In this document: positions 63,986 through 64,000 of the stretch, one piece after another
Numbering within the stretch: position 1 is the stretch's first letter
Layout of the letters: every line of letters begins with the position of its first letter
From: Verrucomicrobiota bacterium
GTDB taxonomy: Bacteria > Auribacterota > JABMQX01 > JAFGEW01
Direction: 5' to 3'
Length of the DNA stretch: 64,000 bases
Assembly (NCBI GenBank): GCA_016931415.1
Contig: JAFGEW010000099.1
Coordinates: 18,522-82,521 of the forward strand
The notes under the pieces: generated by a model
Told to the model about the DNA's origin: nothing
Databases searched by the model: none
Seen by the model: only the letters and a program-made list of their open reading frames with translations
Program-made: the position numbers and the translations under genes

Positions 63986-64000
63986 CGCGGGGTCGTACGC

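Noticed and set aside
1-64000. Search for CRISPR arrays, rRNA genes and intact IS elements
   Set aside because: No regularly spaced direct repeats were found. There were no rRNA-like conserved stretches. No transposase-length ORF with terminal inverted repeats was seen. Only the short remnant at 19952..20179 is suspected.

Overview
High-GC (~67%) bacterial chromosomal segment, gene-dense on both strands and read from sequence alone. In order along the window: tadA, thrB, thrC and tRNA-Ser. A soluble NAD(P)-linked bidirectional [NiFe] hydrogenase operon (hoxFUYH plus the hoxW protease) follows, with two orphan receiver domains. Next come a GNAT acetyltransferase, a DAHP synthase, cobO behind a long structured leader, and a 723-aa β-propeller/PHP-like protein. 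Then, in order: purM (minus strand), two tandem YD-repeat lipoprotein paralogs, a GxxExxY protein, dinB, trpD and yjbQ. A sensor histidine kinase lies divergent from a ten-gene operon, hdrC-hdrB-hdrA(N)-nuoE-like-nuoF-like-[nuoG-like::hdrA(C)]-mvhD-mvhG-mvhA. This looks like an Mvh/Hdr-type [NiFe] hydrogenase/heterodisulfide-reductase complex whose HdrA flavoprotein is split and grafted to a HydABC/NuoEFG-type NADH module. It is the most unusual system in the window. Downstream is a copper/heavy-metal efflux island: cusC-like OMF, a triple-YHS metallochaperone, an oversized CusB and a 1396-aa CusA carrying extra TM helices. Next is a complete Pho regulon block on the minus strand (phoU-pstBACS-oprP-phoR-phoB) with 11-bp-periodic Pho-box-like repeats. 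After that is a four-gene operon of uncharacterised membrane proteins organised as a duplicated two-gene module. The window ends with corA, tamA/tamB, tRNA-Asp and a TPR protein. No CRISPR, rRNA or intact mobile element was seen. One short IS5-like transposase remnant is suspected. The many long antisense or alternative-frame ORFs in the track are GC-driven artefacts.
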